From Octopus bimaculoides (Eukaryota): a stretch of 64,000 bases of DNA. Location: contig NC_068990.1 of assembly GCF_001194135.2 (NCBI RefSeq), positions 45,895,879 through 45,959,878 of the forward strand, read 5' to 3'. The notes below the pieces were generated by a model. That model saw nothing but the letters and a program-made list of their open reading frames with translations. It ran no database searches and had not been told where the DNA came from. Positions 13,668 to 26,873 of the stretch are shown piece after piece. Each line of letters starts with the position of its first letter. Positions within the stretch are counted from its first letter, which is position 1. Made by a program: the position numbers and the translations under genes.

Positions 13668-13775
13668 CTTTTGTTTTTGATTTCCTTTTGCTATCCGTGA
13701 ATGTGGGATAATCTTTCCAGCATATACTATATTTGTATTGCAATCGATTAACTCATAACATTGTGCAAAGCCTCC
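13668..13775 (-). CDS. PLK2/3: Internal coding exon of a polo-like kinase, PLK2/PLK3 type (kinase subdomains I-II)
   Basis: Minus strand reads ttccatctttgcag|GGAGGC...CAAAAG|gtgagt, a canonical acceptor and donor around 108 nt. It translates as [36 protein letters not shown], matching human PLK2 [42 protein letters not shown] is PLK2/3-like; PLK1 has IVPKSL. From memory, vertebrate PLK2 exon 2 has the same boundaries. Confidence 0.93.
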
Positions 13776-13884
13776 CTGCAAAGATGGAAAACAGAACAAT
13801 AACAAAACTGAAGTATTTCATCGACAATCAAAGAATTTTATAAGGAACTTTCCTTTAAAATATAAAACTTTAATTTATAGTTTA

Positions 13885-13926
<42 letters not shown>

Positions 13927-14659
13927 AGAGAGAGAGAGAGAGAGACAAATAGATGTAGATTTAGCTGTAGATACACACACACACACATATATATTGCTGA
14001 CATCATTAGAATTTAGAAATTTCAGGAAAAAGTGTGAAATAATCCTTTTTTAGAACAATGAAACTTGAAACAAATAAAGTTATGAATAATAGTATGTAAA
14101 ATATTGGGTTAGTATAGGAAAAGTCAAAGGCTGCTCATAGAAAACAAACCTACGTCTTCTGTGAACAGTGGGCAACCTTCGACTTTTCCTAACCAAAGGG
14201 ATTTTAACCCAACATTTACATACTATTAGTTATAGTTTCATTTACTTCAAGTTTGATTATTTCAAAAAATAATTATATATATATATATATATATATTCTG
14301 CAAGAACACATCTGCTGACTAGCCATAGAGAAATATTAGCTTATTCGGAAACAAATAAAAGTTGGCAACAGGAAAGGCATCCAGCCATACAAAATCAGCC
14401 TGAAAAAGCTCCACTTGACCCATATAAGCACAAAAAAGTGGATGTTAAAGTGATGATAATGATTATACACATACACATGTTTATATATATCATTATAGAT
14501 ATAGGATAAAGAATTATCAATTTATTAATAAATTAATAATTAATAATTTTACCAAGTAGTTCGGTATGGAAATAAAAAACGTTATCGGTAAAAACTTATA
14601 CAAAAAGTTTTTTTATAATTATAAACATAATTAAGGGATCAGCGGAGATATATTGTGTT

Positions 14660-14706
<47 letters not shown>

Positions 14707-17051
14707 TTTGTATGTATGTATGTAGCTATGTAATGGACTGACTGCATGACCAGTGAGTTTCTGACGAAGGGTCATTTAGTACACCCAACATTTGTTAATG
14801 ATATGTTAGGGAAAATTGTGAGGAAATGAAACAAAAGAAGCAACAAATAATTCTTAAACACATACATGCATACAAACACACACACACACACACACACACA
14901 TTCACACACACACACATATATAAGCAAGCATAATTCTTAAACACATACAGACTCAGAAACCACTCAAAACTTAATTACACCACATGCTTTATTTAGAACT
15001 ACTGACAATGGTACTTACATTGACTAACATTAACAACAACAACAATGACAGGAGCAATTTTATAATATGTTTGTTTTTTCTAAATTTTTACTACAGGGTT
15101 TTGAAAAAGGTTAATGTCACAGAATTGAGTACATCTACCTTCGTTTATTATTGATTCACTTATCACTATTTGTACCTACCTAAAGACTAGATGCCGCTGC
15201 TGAAATGGGCAACAGGTTAAGTGTACCATCCAAGAACTCAGAATGTAAAATGCTGGGTTAATTAAGTACCACAAAACATTCCTGTGAGACACTTAAACAT
15301 TTCTGCCAATCCACTACTTCAAATTGGAATATCCTTTAATGTTAGTCATCCTGTATGTAAATATGACAGATGGCACTTTAATAGTTATATATGCAAGTCA
15401 TTTCCCAATTAAATGTAAGTCCTTTAGCATAATAAGGGTCCCCAAACAACAAGCCACAGACTTGTACCAGTTCACGGATCATTTGGCACCAGACTACACA
15501 GAAAGAATAAATTCTAAAGATTTTATTTCTATTTTATTAACTAATGTAATCCTCAGTATTTTTGCCTTATATATGTATTAGATATCTGTAATAATTAAAT
15601 TATATATTATACACTCCAGTGTGTTTTGTTATGCATGTGATCCCCACAGTGTAAAAGACATTGGAACCAGTGCTTTAACAATTATATACAAGTCTTTAGC
15701 AACTTGCCATAGTGGCATTTATCTCCAGTTTATATGATATTAAATAAATGAGATACAAATCTTCCTATCCTCAGATAGGATGGCAAGTGAGCTTTTCTGT
15801 GACAGTACTACAAGCTGATGAAATACTCACTGATTTTACAATACTGTCACTGTTTACAGTGACAAGTTATTTTAAAACTGAGATACAAATTTGTATGGCT
15901 GGGCTTGAGAATCATATGTATCAATCATAGACACAAAGCAGTGTCTGTGACAGGATGTGAACCACTGACCTCTAGGTCAGTTGTTCTGTACTCTATCGAC
16001 TTTGTCATCCATGCTTTTTCTCTCTATCTCTCTGTGCAGGTACTGTAAGAATATTTTATTTTTATGTTCCTTGTTTCAAGGACTTGCTTATAAACATTGA
16101 GGAACATTGATAAAGACATAAGTAGCTACTTAAATTTTTGTTGAAGGTCACTTCTGTGTTTCCCAAACTATAGAGTTCTGAGAAGGCTGAAAGTTGTAAC
16201 ACTTTAAGCAACAATAAGCATTCTCTGTTTTAAACCTCTTGATATTTATAAACAATTATTATATACAATCTCTTGATGTAGTTTTCAATTTCCCTCTAGG
16301 CCTTCCTTTAGCTGCCATACGGATATATAATATAAAAACAAAAATGTAATGCCACAAAATAAAAAATAATAAAATAAAATAAAACTTGACAAGTAAGGAG
16401 GGCTAATGGTGTCGATCAGACTACATATATGAAATGGTGTCATACTTGATTGTATTTCAAATCTCACTTTAGAGTCAATTGCCCTTTGTTTTTTAATAAA
16501 TGCATAATTTTTCTTTATTTTTTATTTTATTTCTTCATAATAGAGCTGCATTTGATATGTACACCATCTCATGTTAAAACATAATCTAAAACAACGCTTG
16601 GCCAAAAGAATATTAAACAAATGGAAATAAAGCGAACATTTCTTTTGCTTTATTTTTAAAAAAAAGTCTTTTAGTCAGGAAGACATTGCTCATAACCCTT
16701 TTTACAGGGTGTTCAAAACTAGTAGAAGGAAATGAAGAAGGTATACTGAAACAGGAGGCCTGATCTGAATGATTGCAATGGAGTGGACCCTACCAAAGGC
16801 ATCCAAGATGCCAGGTGGCAGTGTTAAACCAGGAAACATATTAAATCGATAATTGTAGGATTTGAACTCAGAATGCCAAAAACTGGAATGAATTCCATAA
16901 AATTTTCAGTCCAATGTTCTGATAGTTCTACCAATCCATTGCATTGTTTTGTATTTTTTCCTCAACACCAGTCATACCAAAAAGGATGAAAGGCAAAGGT
17001 GACTTCAGCAAGATTTGAACACAAGAGTGATGCGAATCAAAACAGATACTG

Positions 17052-17865
17052 CAAAGCATTATATCTTAAGCTCTAATGATCCGGTCAACTCATGGCTTGA
17101 TGGTTAGTATCTGATCAGCTGACTATTATACAACCAACTATCTATACAGTTAACTATAATAATAACTACAGTTTAAAAGAAACTTGAGTGTTTATATGAA
17201 AGTAAATGGCTCTCTGTTGATTTGGATGATGGGTATTTGTTTATTTGATCAACTGAACTACTATTCATTAAATTAGCTGGGTATTCCACAGACAGAATCA
17301 GCATGACACATTGTGTGACTAAGCTGAGCCTTTAAATTGCAGCTAAAATCCATCTGATGGCCTTTCAAACAGCTTCCATCAACCCAGTTTCACCCACAAG
17401 GCTTGAATGAACTTGAGACTATGGTAAATGACATTTACTCCAAGGTGCCATACTGGACAAAACTTCTTAACCATTTGGCCATGCCCTATCCGTATATCTT
17501 TTAGCTTTTACTTGTTTCAGTCACTGGACTGAGGCCATGCTGGGGCATCACCTTGGAGGGTTTAATCAAGCAAAATGACCCCAGTAATTATATTTTGTTA
17601 AAGTCTGGTACTTATTCTATTGGTTTCTTATGCTGAACTGCTAAGTTATAGGGACATAATGAAAAGAAACCAGCACCAGTTGTCAAGCGCTGGTGGGATG
17701 ATAAACATACAGACACACACACACAAACACATTTATATATATACATACATATACACATGTACAAAGCATTATATCTCATGCTCTAATGATCCTGTCGATT
17801 CATGGCCTGATGGTTAGTATCTGATCAGCTAACTATTATAAAACCAACTATCTATACAGTTAACT
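17052..17865 (+). repeat. 104-bp local direct duplication (17052-17155 and 17762-17865)
   Basis: I aligned the two copies by hand: 8 mismatches in 104 bp, no indels. Confidence 0.9.
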
Positions 17866-17985
17866 TTCAGTTTCCATCTTTTAAATTCATTCACAAGACT
17901 TCACTTGGCCTGGAGCTATGGTTGAAGACTTTGCCAATGTGCTTTTTAACCACAGATTGATGCCTGTGTGTGTGTGTGTGTGTTA

Positions 17986-18075
<90 letters not shown>

Positions 18076-19292
18076 ATATACATGTGCACAACATAACATG
18101 AATCAGAAGTATTGAAATAAATTTAAACAGCTTAGAGGCCATTAGCTGTGATGAGGAACCAACCATATAGGAATGAGGAATGTAAACACATTTGTTCTGT
18201 GTTTTTGATCTGCAGAACAAAAGTGTAATGAATTTAAAGTATTTAAAATATATTTCAAGAAATTTAATTCACAGTATGTTTCATCCTCTATCTTTTACTT
18301 GTGTCAGTCATTAGATTGTGGCCATGCTGGTGCACTTCCTTAAAGGGTTTTTAGTCAAACAAATCATCCCCAAAACTAATGTTTTTTTTATTTATTTAAG
18401 TCAGGTATTTCCTCTACTGAACTCTTTTGCTGAACTGCTAAGTTATGGGGTTGTCCCCCACATATATGCCTTCTCATTAGTAATGCTTTCCTGTATATAT
18501 ACTTAAATGTAATTGCTTTTGTAAAAATATACTGCGCTTCATATTTGTGGCTCTGATGAAGCTATAAGGTGTTACTCAGGTACTCAACTATAAGTCCACT
18601 GCTTTGTATAGCAGAAACAGCTGTAAGCTAATGAAGTTCACATGATAATTGTTTATTGCTTTGTTATCTCTTTTTTCATATGTGTGTGTGTGTGTATGAA
18701 ATAAAATGAGACAGCAAAGACAAGGCTGTGTGGAATTTTCTGGCTTACCTGCCACCTTGTGTCTTCTGGATATCAACACCTCTCATATATATATGTGTAG
18801 AAAATTCAAGCAAATGTGAAATAATTCGTTTTTGGAATGGGGAAATCCAAGACAAATAAAGACATAAATAATAACCTGTCTATATTAGGTTTAAAAATCC
18901 CTTTTTGATAGAAAATCTGTTTTAGCCCAATATTTATTTGCAATCATATATAGTTTTATTTGCTTCAAGTTTCACTGTTCCAAAATAGAATTACACACAC
19001 ACACACATATCTATACACACTTACATACAAATGTTTATAAATAAGACTAATGCAAGTGCACAGCTGTATGTATATTTATATATGTTATAATTGTAGATGA
19101 GTATCAAGATATAAACAGTGAGATAAAAATCGATAAAACACTCCAAAGATATACTACATAAGTGACAGTTAATATATCTGATTAAAAAAGTAGGGAACGT
19201 ATATACCATTGAATGTGGAATATAGGATAGTAATGGAGAAGATATGAATGTGGAGAGAAGGAGGGTATGAGGAGATAAAGTGGAGATGCGAA

Positions 19293-19359
<67 letters not shown>

Positions 19360-19502
19360 GGAGAGAGAATTAATGAAAATGAAAATATAGGATATAAATG
19401 GGTTGTGTGTNNNNNNNNNNNNNNNNNNNNNNNNNNNNNNNNNNNNNNNNNNNNNNNNNNNNNNNNNNNNNNNNNNNNNNNNNNNNNNNNNNNNNNNNNN
19501 NN

Positions 19503-19542
<40 letters not shown>

Positions 19543-19843
19543 AAGAGAGTGAGAGCGAGGAGGGGTGAAGTAGGGAAGATAGTTTCTGTCTTCAATATAC
19601 TCAAATATGATGTTTTGTACATAAGCTGTACCTTTTATTTTTTGTCATTTACATATTTCTCAGGACTGGGCACTGCCTTAAGGGGTTTATTTGAATAGAT
19701 TAATTCCAATACATTTTCTTTTCTAAAATCTGGTACTTATTCTATCAGTCTCTTTTGCTGAATTCTTAAATTACAGGGATGCAAACAAACCACCATACTG
19801 AGGGTGGGGACACAAACATAAACAGGTATGTGTGTGAGTGTGT

Positions 19844-19887
<44 letters not shown>

Positions 19888-19889
<2 letters not shown>

Positions 19890-20518
19890 AAGAGAAACAA
19901 CTGGTATAAGATGTGTATGGACGAGGACAGCTGTGTAAAGAAGTGTTGATCTCTAGCTGTGGAAGGAACCTGTGGTAGAGGTAGACCCAGGAAAACATGA
20001 GACAAGGTGGTGAAGCATGATCTTCGAAAATGGGGCCTCACAGAGGCAATGACTAGAGACAGAGACCTTTGGTGATGTGCCGTGCTTGAGCCAAGTGAAT
20101 CATAGTCATGGTAACCGGCAACCATGCTGGTGGCATGTAAAGAACACCTTTTGAGTGTTGGGCTTCATGGAGGCAAAATGACTGAGTTCCTTTCGAGTGT
20201 TGGGCCTCACAGAGGTAATGACTGAGACTTTTGGCATTATGTCATGCTTGAGAAGAAGACCCATCAAGCCGAGCAAAATTGCAATTGTGGCAGATACTGG
20301 TGTCACACAAATTGGTACCTGTGCTGGTGGCACGTAAAAGCACCCCGGTGTCACACAGATGGCATCCGTGCCAGTGGCATGTAAAAGTACCCATTACACT
20401 CTCAAAGTTCTTGACGTTAGGAAGGGCATCCAGCTGTAGAAAACCATGCCCAATCGGAGTGAAACCGTCCAACCCATGCCAGCATGGACAACGGACATTA
20501 AATGCCGATGATGGTGAT
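19888..20518 (+). mobile_element. RTE-clade LINE 3' end (ORF C-terminus plus 3' UTR with short tandem units and GAT-type tail)
   Basis: MDEDSCVKKC*SLAVEGTCGRGRPRKT*DKVVKHDLR...AMTRDRDLW matches the RTE C-terminal GRGRPRKTW motif. It is followed by repeated gtggcatgtaaaag units and ccatgccagcatgga...taaatgccgatgatggtgat. Confidence 0.75.
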
Positions 20519-22317
20519 ATATATTTAGATATATATATATATGATAGACCTCCACACAAGTTCTCTCTATCAAATTCATTCACAAGGCATTGGTTGGACC
20601 AAGCTACAGTAGAAGACACTCGCCCAAAGTGGTATGCAGCAGTGTGACTGAATCTGAAACGATGTGGTTGAAAAGTAAGCTTTTTAACCACACAGCCATG
20701 CCTGCATCTATAGAGATATTCATTTCTGAAGCATCCCTACTCTTTTTCTCAATCTTCCTCTCAATCCATCCTCTTACTATCACTCAGTGTCTCCATTTCT
20801 ATCTCTCTATTTCCATTCCTCTCACTCAACACATTGTTTTTTCTCTCACCCAACACCTTTCTCTTTTATTCCTTTTCTTTTCCTTTTTCTCTAACTTTCT
20901 ATACTTGCATCAAGCAACCTCTCTCTCCAATTCTCTCACTTGTTTTTCACTGAACCTTTGTCTCCTTTCTTTCTGTCTCTCTCTCTTTTCACTGAACTTC
21001 TGTTTCCTTTTCTCCCATCTCTGTCTCTGTCTCTCTGTCTCTCTCTCTCTCTCTCTCCCTCCCGCTCTCAAATCTGGTCTCTGTGAATTTCACCTCTTCC
21101 TTTCATTCTCACTCAACTTTTCTTTAACCAACTGACTATGTAATTCTGTCTCACAGAATTTTACTTCTTTTAAATCAGATTCTGCCAAAGTAAATAGATA
21201 TTTGAGGCCAAAAAGGAGAAAAACATAACAAAACAAAAAATGCTCAATAATTAAAAAAAACCCCTGCAGAGNNNNNNNNNNNNNNNNNNNNNNNNNNNNN
21301 NNNNNNNNNNNNNNNNNNNNNNNNNNNNNNNNNNNNNNNNNNNNNNNNNNNNNNNNNNNNNNNNNNNNNNNNNNNNNNNNNNNNNNNNNNNNNNNNNNNN
21401 NNNNNNNNNNNNNNNNNNNNNNNNNNNNNNNNNNNNNNNNNNNNNNNNNNNNNNNNNNNNNNNNNNNNNNNNNNNNNNNNNNNNNNNNNNNNNNNNNNNN
21501 NNNNNNNNNNNNNNNNNNNNNNNNNNNNNNNNNNNNNNNNNNNNNNNNNNNNNNNNNNNNNNNNNNNNNNNNNNNNNNNNNNNNNNNNNNNNNNNNNNNN
21601 NNNNNNNNNNNNNNNNNNNNNNNNNNNNNNNNNNNNNNNNNNNNNNNNNNNNNNNNNNNNNNNNNNNNNNNNNNNNNNNNNNNNNNNNNNNNNNNNNNNN
21701 NNNNNNNNNNNNNNNNNNNNNNNNNNNNNNNNNNNNNNNNNNNNNNNNNNNNNNNNNNNNNNNNNNNNNNNNNNNNNNNNNNNNNNNNNNNNNNNNNNNN
21801 NNNNNNNNNNNNNNNNNNNNNNNNNNNNNNNNNNNNNNNNNNNNNNNNNNNNNNNNNNNNNNNNNNNNNNNNNNNNNNNNNNNNNNNNNNNNNNNNNNNN
21901 NNNNNNNNNNNNNNNNNNNNNNNNNNNNNNNNNNNNNNNNNNNNNNNNNNNNNNNNNNNNNNNNNNNNNNNNNNNNNNNNNNNNNNNNNNNNNNNNNNNN
22001 NNNNNNNNNNNNNNNNNNNNNNNNNNNNNNNNNNNNNNNNNNNNNNNNNNNNNNNNNNNNNNNNNNNNNNNNNNNNNNNNNNNNNNNNNNNNNNNNNNNN
22101 NNNNNNNNNNNNNNNNNNNNNNNNNNNNNNNNNNNNNNNNNNNNNNNNNNNNNNATTTTATGCTGTGGTATGTGCAGACATGGCTGTGTGGTTAAGAAAC
22201 TTGCTTCTCAACCATATGAGCTTGGGTTCAGTCCCACAGTGTGGCACCTTGGGCAAATGTCTTCTACTGTAACCCTGGGTTAATCAATACTTTTGAATGG
22301 ATTTTTCTCTTTTTTTT

Positions 22318-22688
22318 TTCTTTTACTTGTTTCAGTCATTTGACTGTGGTCATGCTGGAGCACCGCCTTAAGTCGAGCAAATCGACCCCAGGATTTATTC
22401 TTTGGAAGCCTAGTACTTATTCTATTGGTCTCTTTGCCGAACTGCTAAGTTACGGGGACGTAAACACACCACCATCGGTTGTCAAGCGATGTTGGGGAGA
22501 CAAACAGACACAAATATATACACACACATACATATATACGACGGGCTTTTTTCAGTTTCCGTGTACTAAATCCACTCACAAGGATTTGGTCGGCCCAAAG
22601 CTATAGTAGAAGACACTTGGCCAAGGTGCCAAGCAGTAGGAATGAACTCGGAACCATGTGGTTGGTAAGCAAACTACTTACCACACAG
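22318..22688 (-). mobile_element. SINE family A, near full length, young copy
   Basis: tRNA-like head (...ccaaccacatggttccgagttca...), an internal (TA/TG)n tract, and tail gactgaaacaagtaaaa. Other pieces at about 330-510, 2400-2480, 2900-3125, 13130-13285, 17500-17960, 20545-20705, 22178-22275, 23905-24057, 28007-28178, 31745-31835, 35570-35964, 36388-36492, 45430-45580, 58375-58470, 59620-59740 and 60180-60370. Confidence 0.8.
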
Positions 22689-22698
22689 NNNNNNNNNN

Positions 22699-22742
<44 letters not shown>

Positions 22743-23724
22743 CCCCCACACACATATATGTAAATGTATGTGTGTGTATGAGTTTGTGTGTACCCTTGTC
22801 TAGACATCACATGATGGTTGTAATCGATAACCATCATCATACAAACAAAGTTGTTTGTTTCCAATCTTCTATGGAAAACATATCTAACTATGGGGAAAAT
22901 GTCACCTTGCTTGGAAACAAGTGAAAAGAAGGTATCTGGCCATAGATCTACCTCAACAAATTCCACCCAGTCCGTGCAAGCATGGAAAAGTATACATGAA
23001 ATGAAATTATGCTGATGCCTTACACTATGCTGCACTTTATTGCTAAAACAGGCAAAAACTTATATAATGGAGAGTCATATTGGACTTTGGCAGTCATGTT
23101 TCCTACTCACTGATAAAACAATGTCCAAAACAATCTAATCATAACAAAGGCTTTTCTACAGTAAGCAAAGTTCACCTAGGTGGGATTTGAGCTCAGAAAT
23201 GTTCTCTTTCACCTGTGGTTTGTAAACAAAATTTAGGGAGAGCAAATTTATAATGTATGGCAAGAAAAAATGAAAGAGCAAAAGAAAATCATATACACAT
23301 ATATAAACATGCAACACACACACATGCATATACATAGCCAAACAGTTTCTTTTGGAACTTGTCACCCCCTGGAATTACACACACACACACACACACACTT
23401 GGACATATATTCACATACATAATCACACACACACATAAATGTACTTATGCACATATACATAGATATGTAAATATAAACCATATATCGACAGTCAAGCGGC
23501 TGTTCCTAACAAAAGAACGGGTATGTCATATATTTTCACTATGTGACAACACATCCCATGCATGTTTCCATCATTTCTTTATGAATGCATAAAATTCTTT
23601 TCCTTTCAGACATTACATGAAAAACTGTCAGGTTTCATTTTTTTTTTCTTTTTTCTTTTTGGTACACAAAAATTACACACACACACACACAAGATTTCTT
23701 TAAGGAGCAGATAAAATCTTTTAT

Positions 23725-23778
<54 letters not shown>

Positions 23779-24346
23779 GCAGAATGCCGTGGGTCACCAT
23801 GATGGCTTTTGTAGTCCAAAGTGTGCCTCTCATTCGTTTTTGACTAAGAATTGAGTGGTTGCTTATCTGTGCAGTAAGAAGTGAGTGAGAGAGACAGATA
23901 GACAGACAGAGAGTTTCTTTCAGTTTCCGTCTACCAAATCCACTCACAAGGATTTGGTTAGCCCAAAGCTATAGTAGAAGACACTTACCCAAGGTGCCAC
24001 ACAGTGGGACAGAACCTGGAACCATGTGGTTGGGAAGCTAGCTTCTTACCACACTCCCGCAATATATATATAAAATATAGTTTAATGAAAGTCATACTAA
24101 CAAGCAAATGGTGGGCATGATTCCTTCAAGGTAGAGCTGTACACTAATCAGATGGCAAATGTTAAGGATTTAGGTGAAACAATGCCAAAGATGGCTGATG
24201 TTCAATTTAAATCCCTAAAGTGACCTTCTGAAGAGCATGGAGTTCAGTTCTTTGTTAGTATTACTGTTATTAAATCGTATTTTAAGCCCTCACAGTTTTC
24301 ATAGAGTTGAGTGGTCTTTGTTTTATAACTAAGATCCACAACTGAT

Positions 24347-24456
24347 CTCGGCCGCCTGGACTACGGTTCCCAGTTATGGTCACCACATAGTGCCAAACTA
24401 AAGCGGAGCTTGAAGCAGTCCAATGCCACTACACTAAAAAGACTGAAACAATGCAG
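24347..24456 (+). mobile_element. CR1-type LINE fragment (region after the RT domain)
   Basis: LGRLDYGSQLWSPHSAKL, then with a 1-nt frameshift AELEAVQCHYTKK. Matches the CR1 motif LDYCSQLWSP....LEAIQR.YTK. Confidence 0.7.
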
Positions 24457-24740
24457 TGGATGAGCTATGTATATATGTATGTATATACATAATGAGTATG
24501 TGTATACGTACACACACGTATACAAATGAAAGCAAGTAGTGAACAACACATCTGGTGGGAGTTACGTATATTTTTTAATAACAGTTTGACTCAGCTCTAT
24601 ATCACTTTAAATCTCATGGGTGCATAGGATGAGCCTATCACATCGATATTTGATGAAATGGATTTGTCCTACATGCCCACGGTACTTTAAGTCATATACA
24701 GCTAAGCTAAACTGTTAACACACACATATGCATATGTATA

Positions 24741-24842
<102 letters not shown>

Positions 24843-24953
24843 TATGTATCTATGTCTCTATGTATGTATGTATCTATCAATATATATATATATATATAGA
24901 TATATATATATATATATGCATATGTATCTATGTCTCTATGTATGTATCTATCA

Positions 24954-24992
<39 letters not shown>

Positions 24993-25511
24993 TACATGTG
25001 TTTGTGTGTATGCGTGTATACTTACGTATATATTTTTGTTGATACATGTGACTGCAAACTGCAAATGTTATAAATAGTGTGTGTGTAAGCACGTACACAC
25101 ACAAGCTGGACAAACTGGTTACGTCAGTATTTGTGAGTGACAACAGCAGAGCAATCCTAAAAACTAGGTCACAAATGTTTATCTAAATATTATTAATAGT
25201 TATTAGTGAGAAAGACTGTAGTTAAAAGAGCAATCTGAGAAGTTTGATGACAATGATGATGGTGACGGTGATACTGGCAGTGGTGTCAGAAGTCTAAGAA
25301 AAAAAAACATAATCAACCATCAAAGGAGCCTCTTTGTGGTTGATCGACCTGCTAGAATTAGCAGCCTTATGTCTTTCAAAGTTCACCCTAACGATGTAAA
25401 AATGTATGAACATCAAACTAGTCCTGAATATAGTAGAGTTTATAACATAGGAACAAGGTGTCAAATTTGGGTGTAGTGTGGTCAGTTATATAAACCACAG
25501 TACTTGACTAT

Positions 25512-25668
25512 CACTTTCAAGAGTTTTAACCAATGATATTGACATCAGTGCTGGATTCAATCATTGGACTATACCCATGCTGAGGCACCACTTTCAAGAA
25601 TTTTAGCCAATCATATTGATACCATTACTGGTTTCAGTCATTGGATTACAACCAAGCTGGAACACTGA
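25512..25668 (+). repeat. Two degenerate tandem units of about 78 bp, SINE-derived
   Basis: cactttcaaga..ttt.a.ccaat.atattga...c.ggtttca.tcattgga occurs twice. Confidence 0.6.
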
Positions 25669-26662
25669 TTTTCAAACAATCCTACCAATCCACCAGCATT
25701 TATAATGTAGTGAAGGCCAGAACCTAAAGCTTTAGTAACTAGGATCAGACAACACTTAGATCAGGTGACATACCCTGAATACTATCAAATCAGCTTTCTA
25801 GAATATCACACCATATCACAGAATATTCCATCATGTTCTATCAGATTACTGCATAATAGGGATATAAAAGCAAAAGCACACCAGAATCAGTGCAGAAGTG
25901 GCAAAGGGCACAATGCATGCAGCACAAGTCTGTGTGCAGCAGAGGTTAAAGAAAGTTCCAGAGAAGACAGATGAACTCAGAATTCTTGGTCCCTGTATGA
26001 TCTCTGTTTGAACGAATTACATCATTGCACTTCTCCAAGCAAGTACCATGAATACAATATCCTCACCTCTTACTGCACAAATAAGCGACCAATCAATTCT
26101 TAATCAAAAACAAATGAGAGGCACAGTACTGACATTAGAAAGTGACCTGAAAGAGAAAGTACAGCCAAACCAACAATTTTCCACACTTGTAACCCAGACA
26201 TTAAAAAAAGTTACTAACAATGATGATGACAGAGAAACGGCTCTGGTTATTTTGGGGGAACAGCATGCAGCTGAATTCAACTTCACTAACCATTCATCAC
26301 CCCAATTCATCAGCTTCATCATGACAACATAGAAACAAGGCTAAAAATTGGAGAGGTGGGGTATTAGTTAATTAAGTTGATCCCATTATTTGATTGGTGC
26401 TTCAACCCCAGAAAGATGAAAGGCAAAAATTTGCCTTCTTCACAGTTGAATGTAGAATATAGTGCAATTTCTCTTAATGTCCTAAGACAATAAGTTTAAC
26501 ACTTCACCAATTCTGCTAGCTCTCAATGAAAGAGAAAAAGTTACACAATGATTTTTAAAATGGCTTTTGTTACAAATAAAAAAAACAAGAAAATTGTATT
26601 TCCTTTTTGGATTTGGTTTGCAAGATTCTTTATGTGAGTTCGTGTGTTGAAGCATATTCTGC

Positions 26663-26873
26663 TGTGTCTGGGGAGAGTCATTCTCTTTTACTGCCTTATA
26701 ATTTAACACACTCATTTCCACTCATTTATTTTTCTAAAATTTTCATTGCGTCTTGCAACCTTTTCAATAGTTGTTGACTCTAGAGAGTCAACAACTATTG
26801 AAAAGGTTGCAATTTTACTGGTGAGTGTGTTAAATTATAAGGCACTAAAAGAGAATGACTCTCCTCAGACACA
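26663..26873. repeat. Nested inverted repeat (foldback)
   Basis: Outer arms 26663-26714 and 26822-26873: 52 bp with 2 mismatches. Inner arms 26753-26781 and 26784-26812: 29 bp, perfect, 2-nt loop. Confidence 0.95.

Noticed and set aside
18728-18765. Strong minus-strand donor CAG|gtaagc
   Set aside because: No pyrimidine-rich acceptor and no PLK-like peptide.
23111-23155. 45-nt minus-strand segment with good splice signals (ttactgtag| ... |gtgagt)
   Set aside because: It has a stop in the phase needed to join the PLK exon and no homology; such signals arise by chance.
25740-26332. Two plus-strand ORFs with faint RT-like wording (PEYYQISFLEYHTISQNI)
   Set aside because: Too weak to call; possibly a very old LINE, and it contains a dispersed 54-bp repeat.
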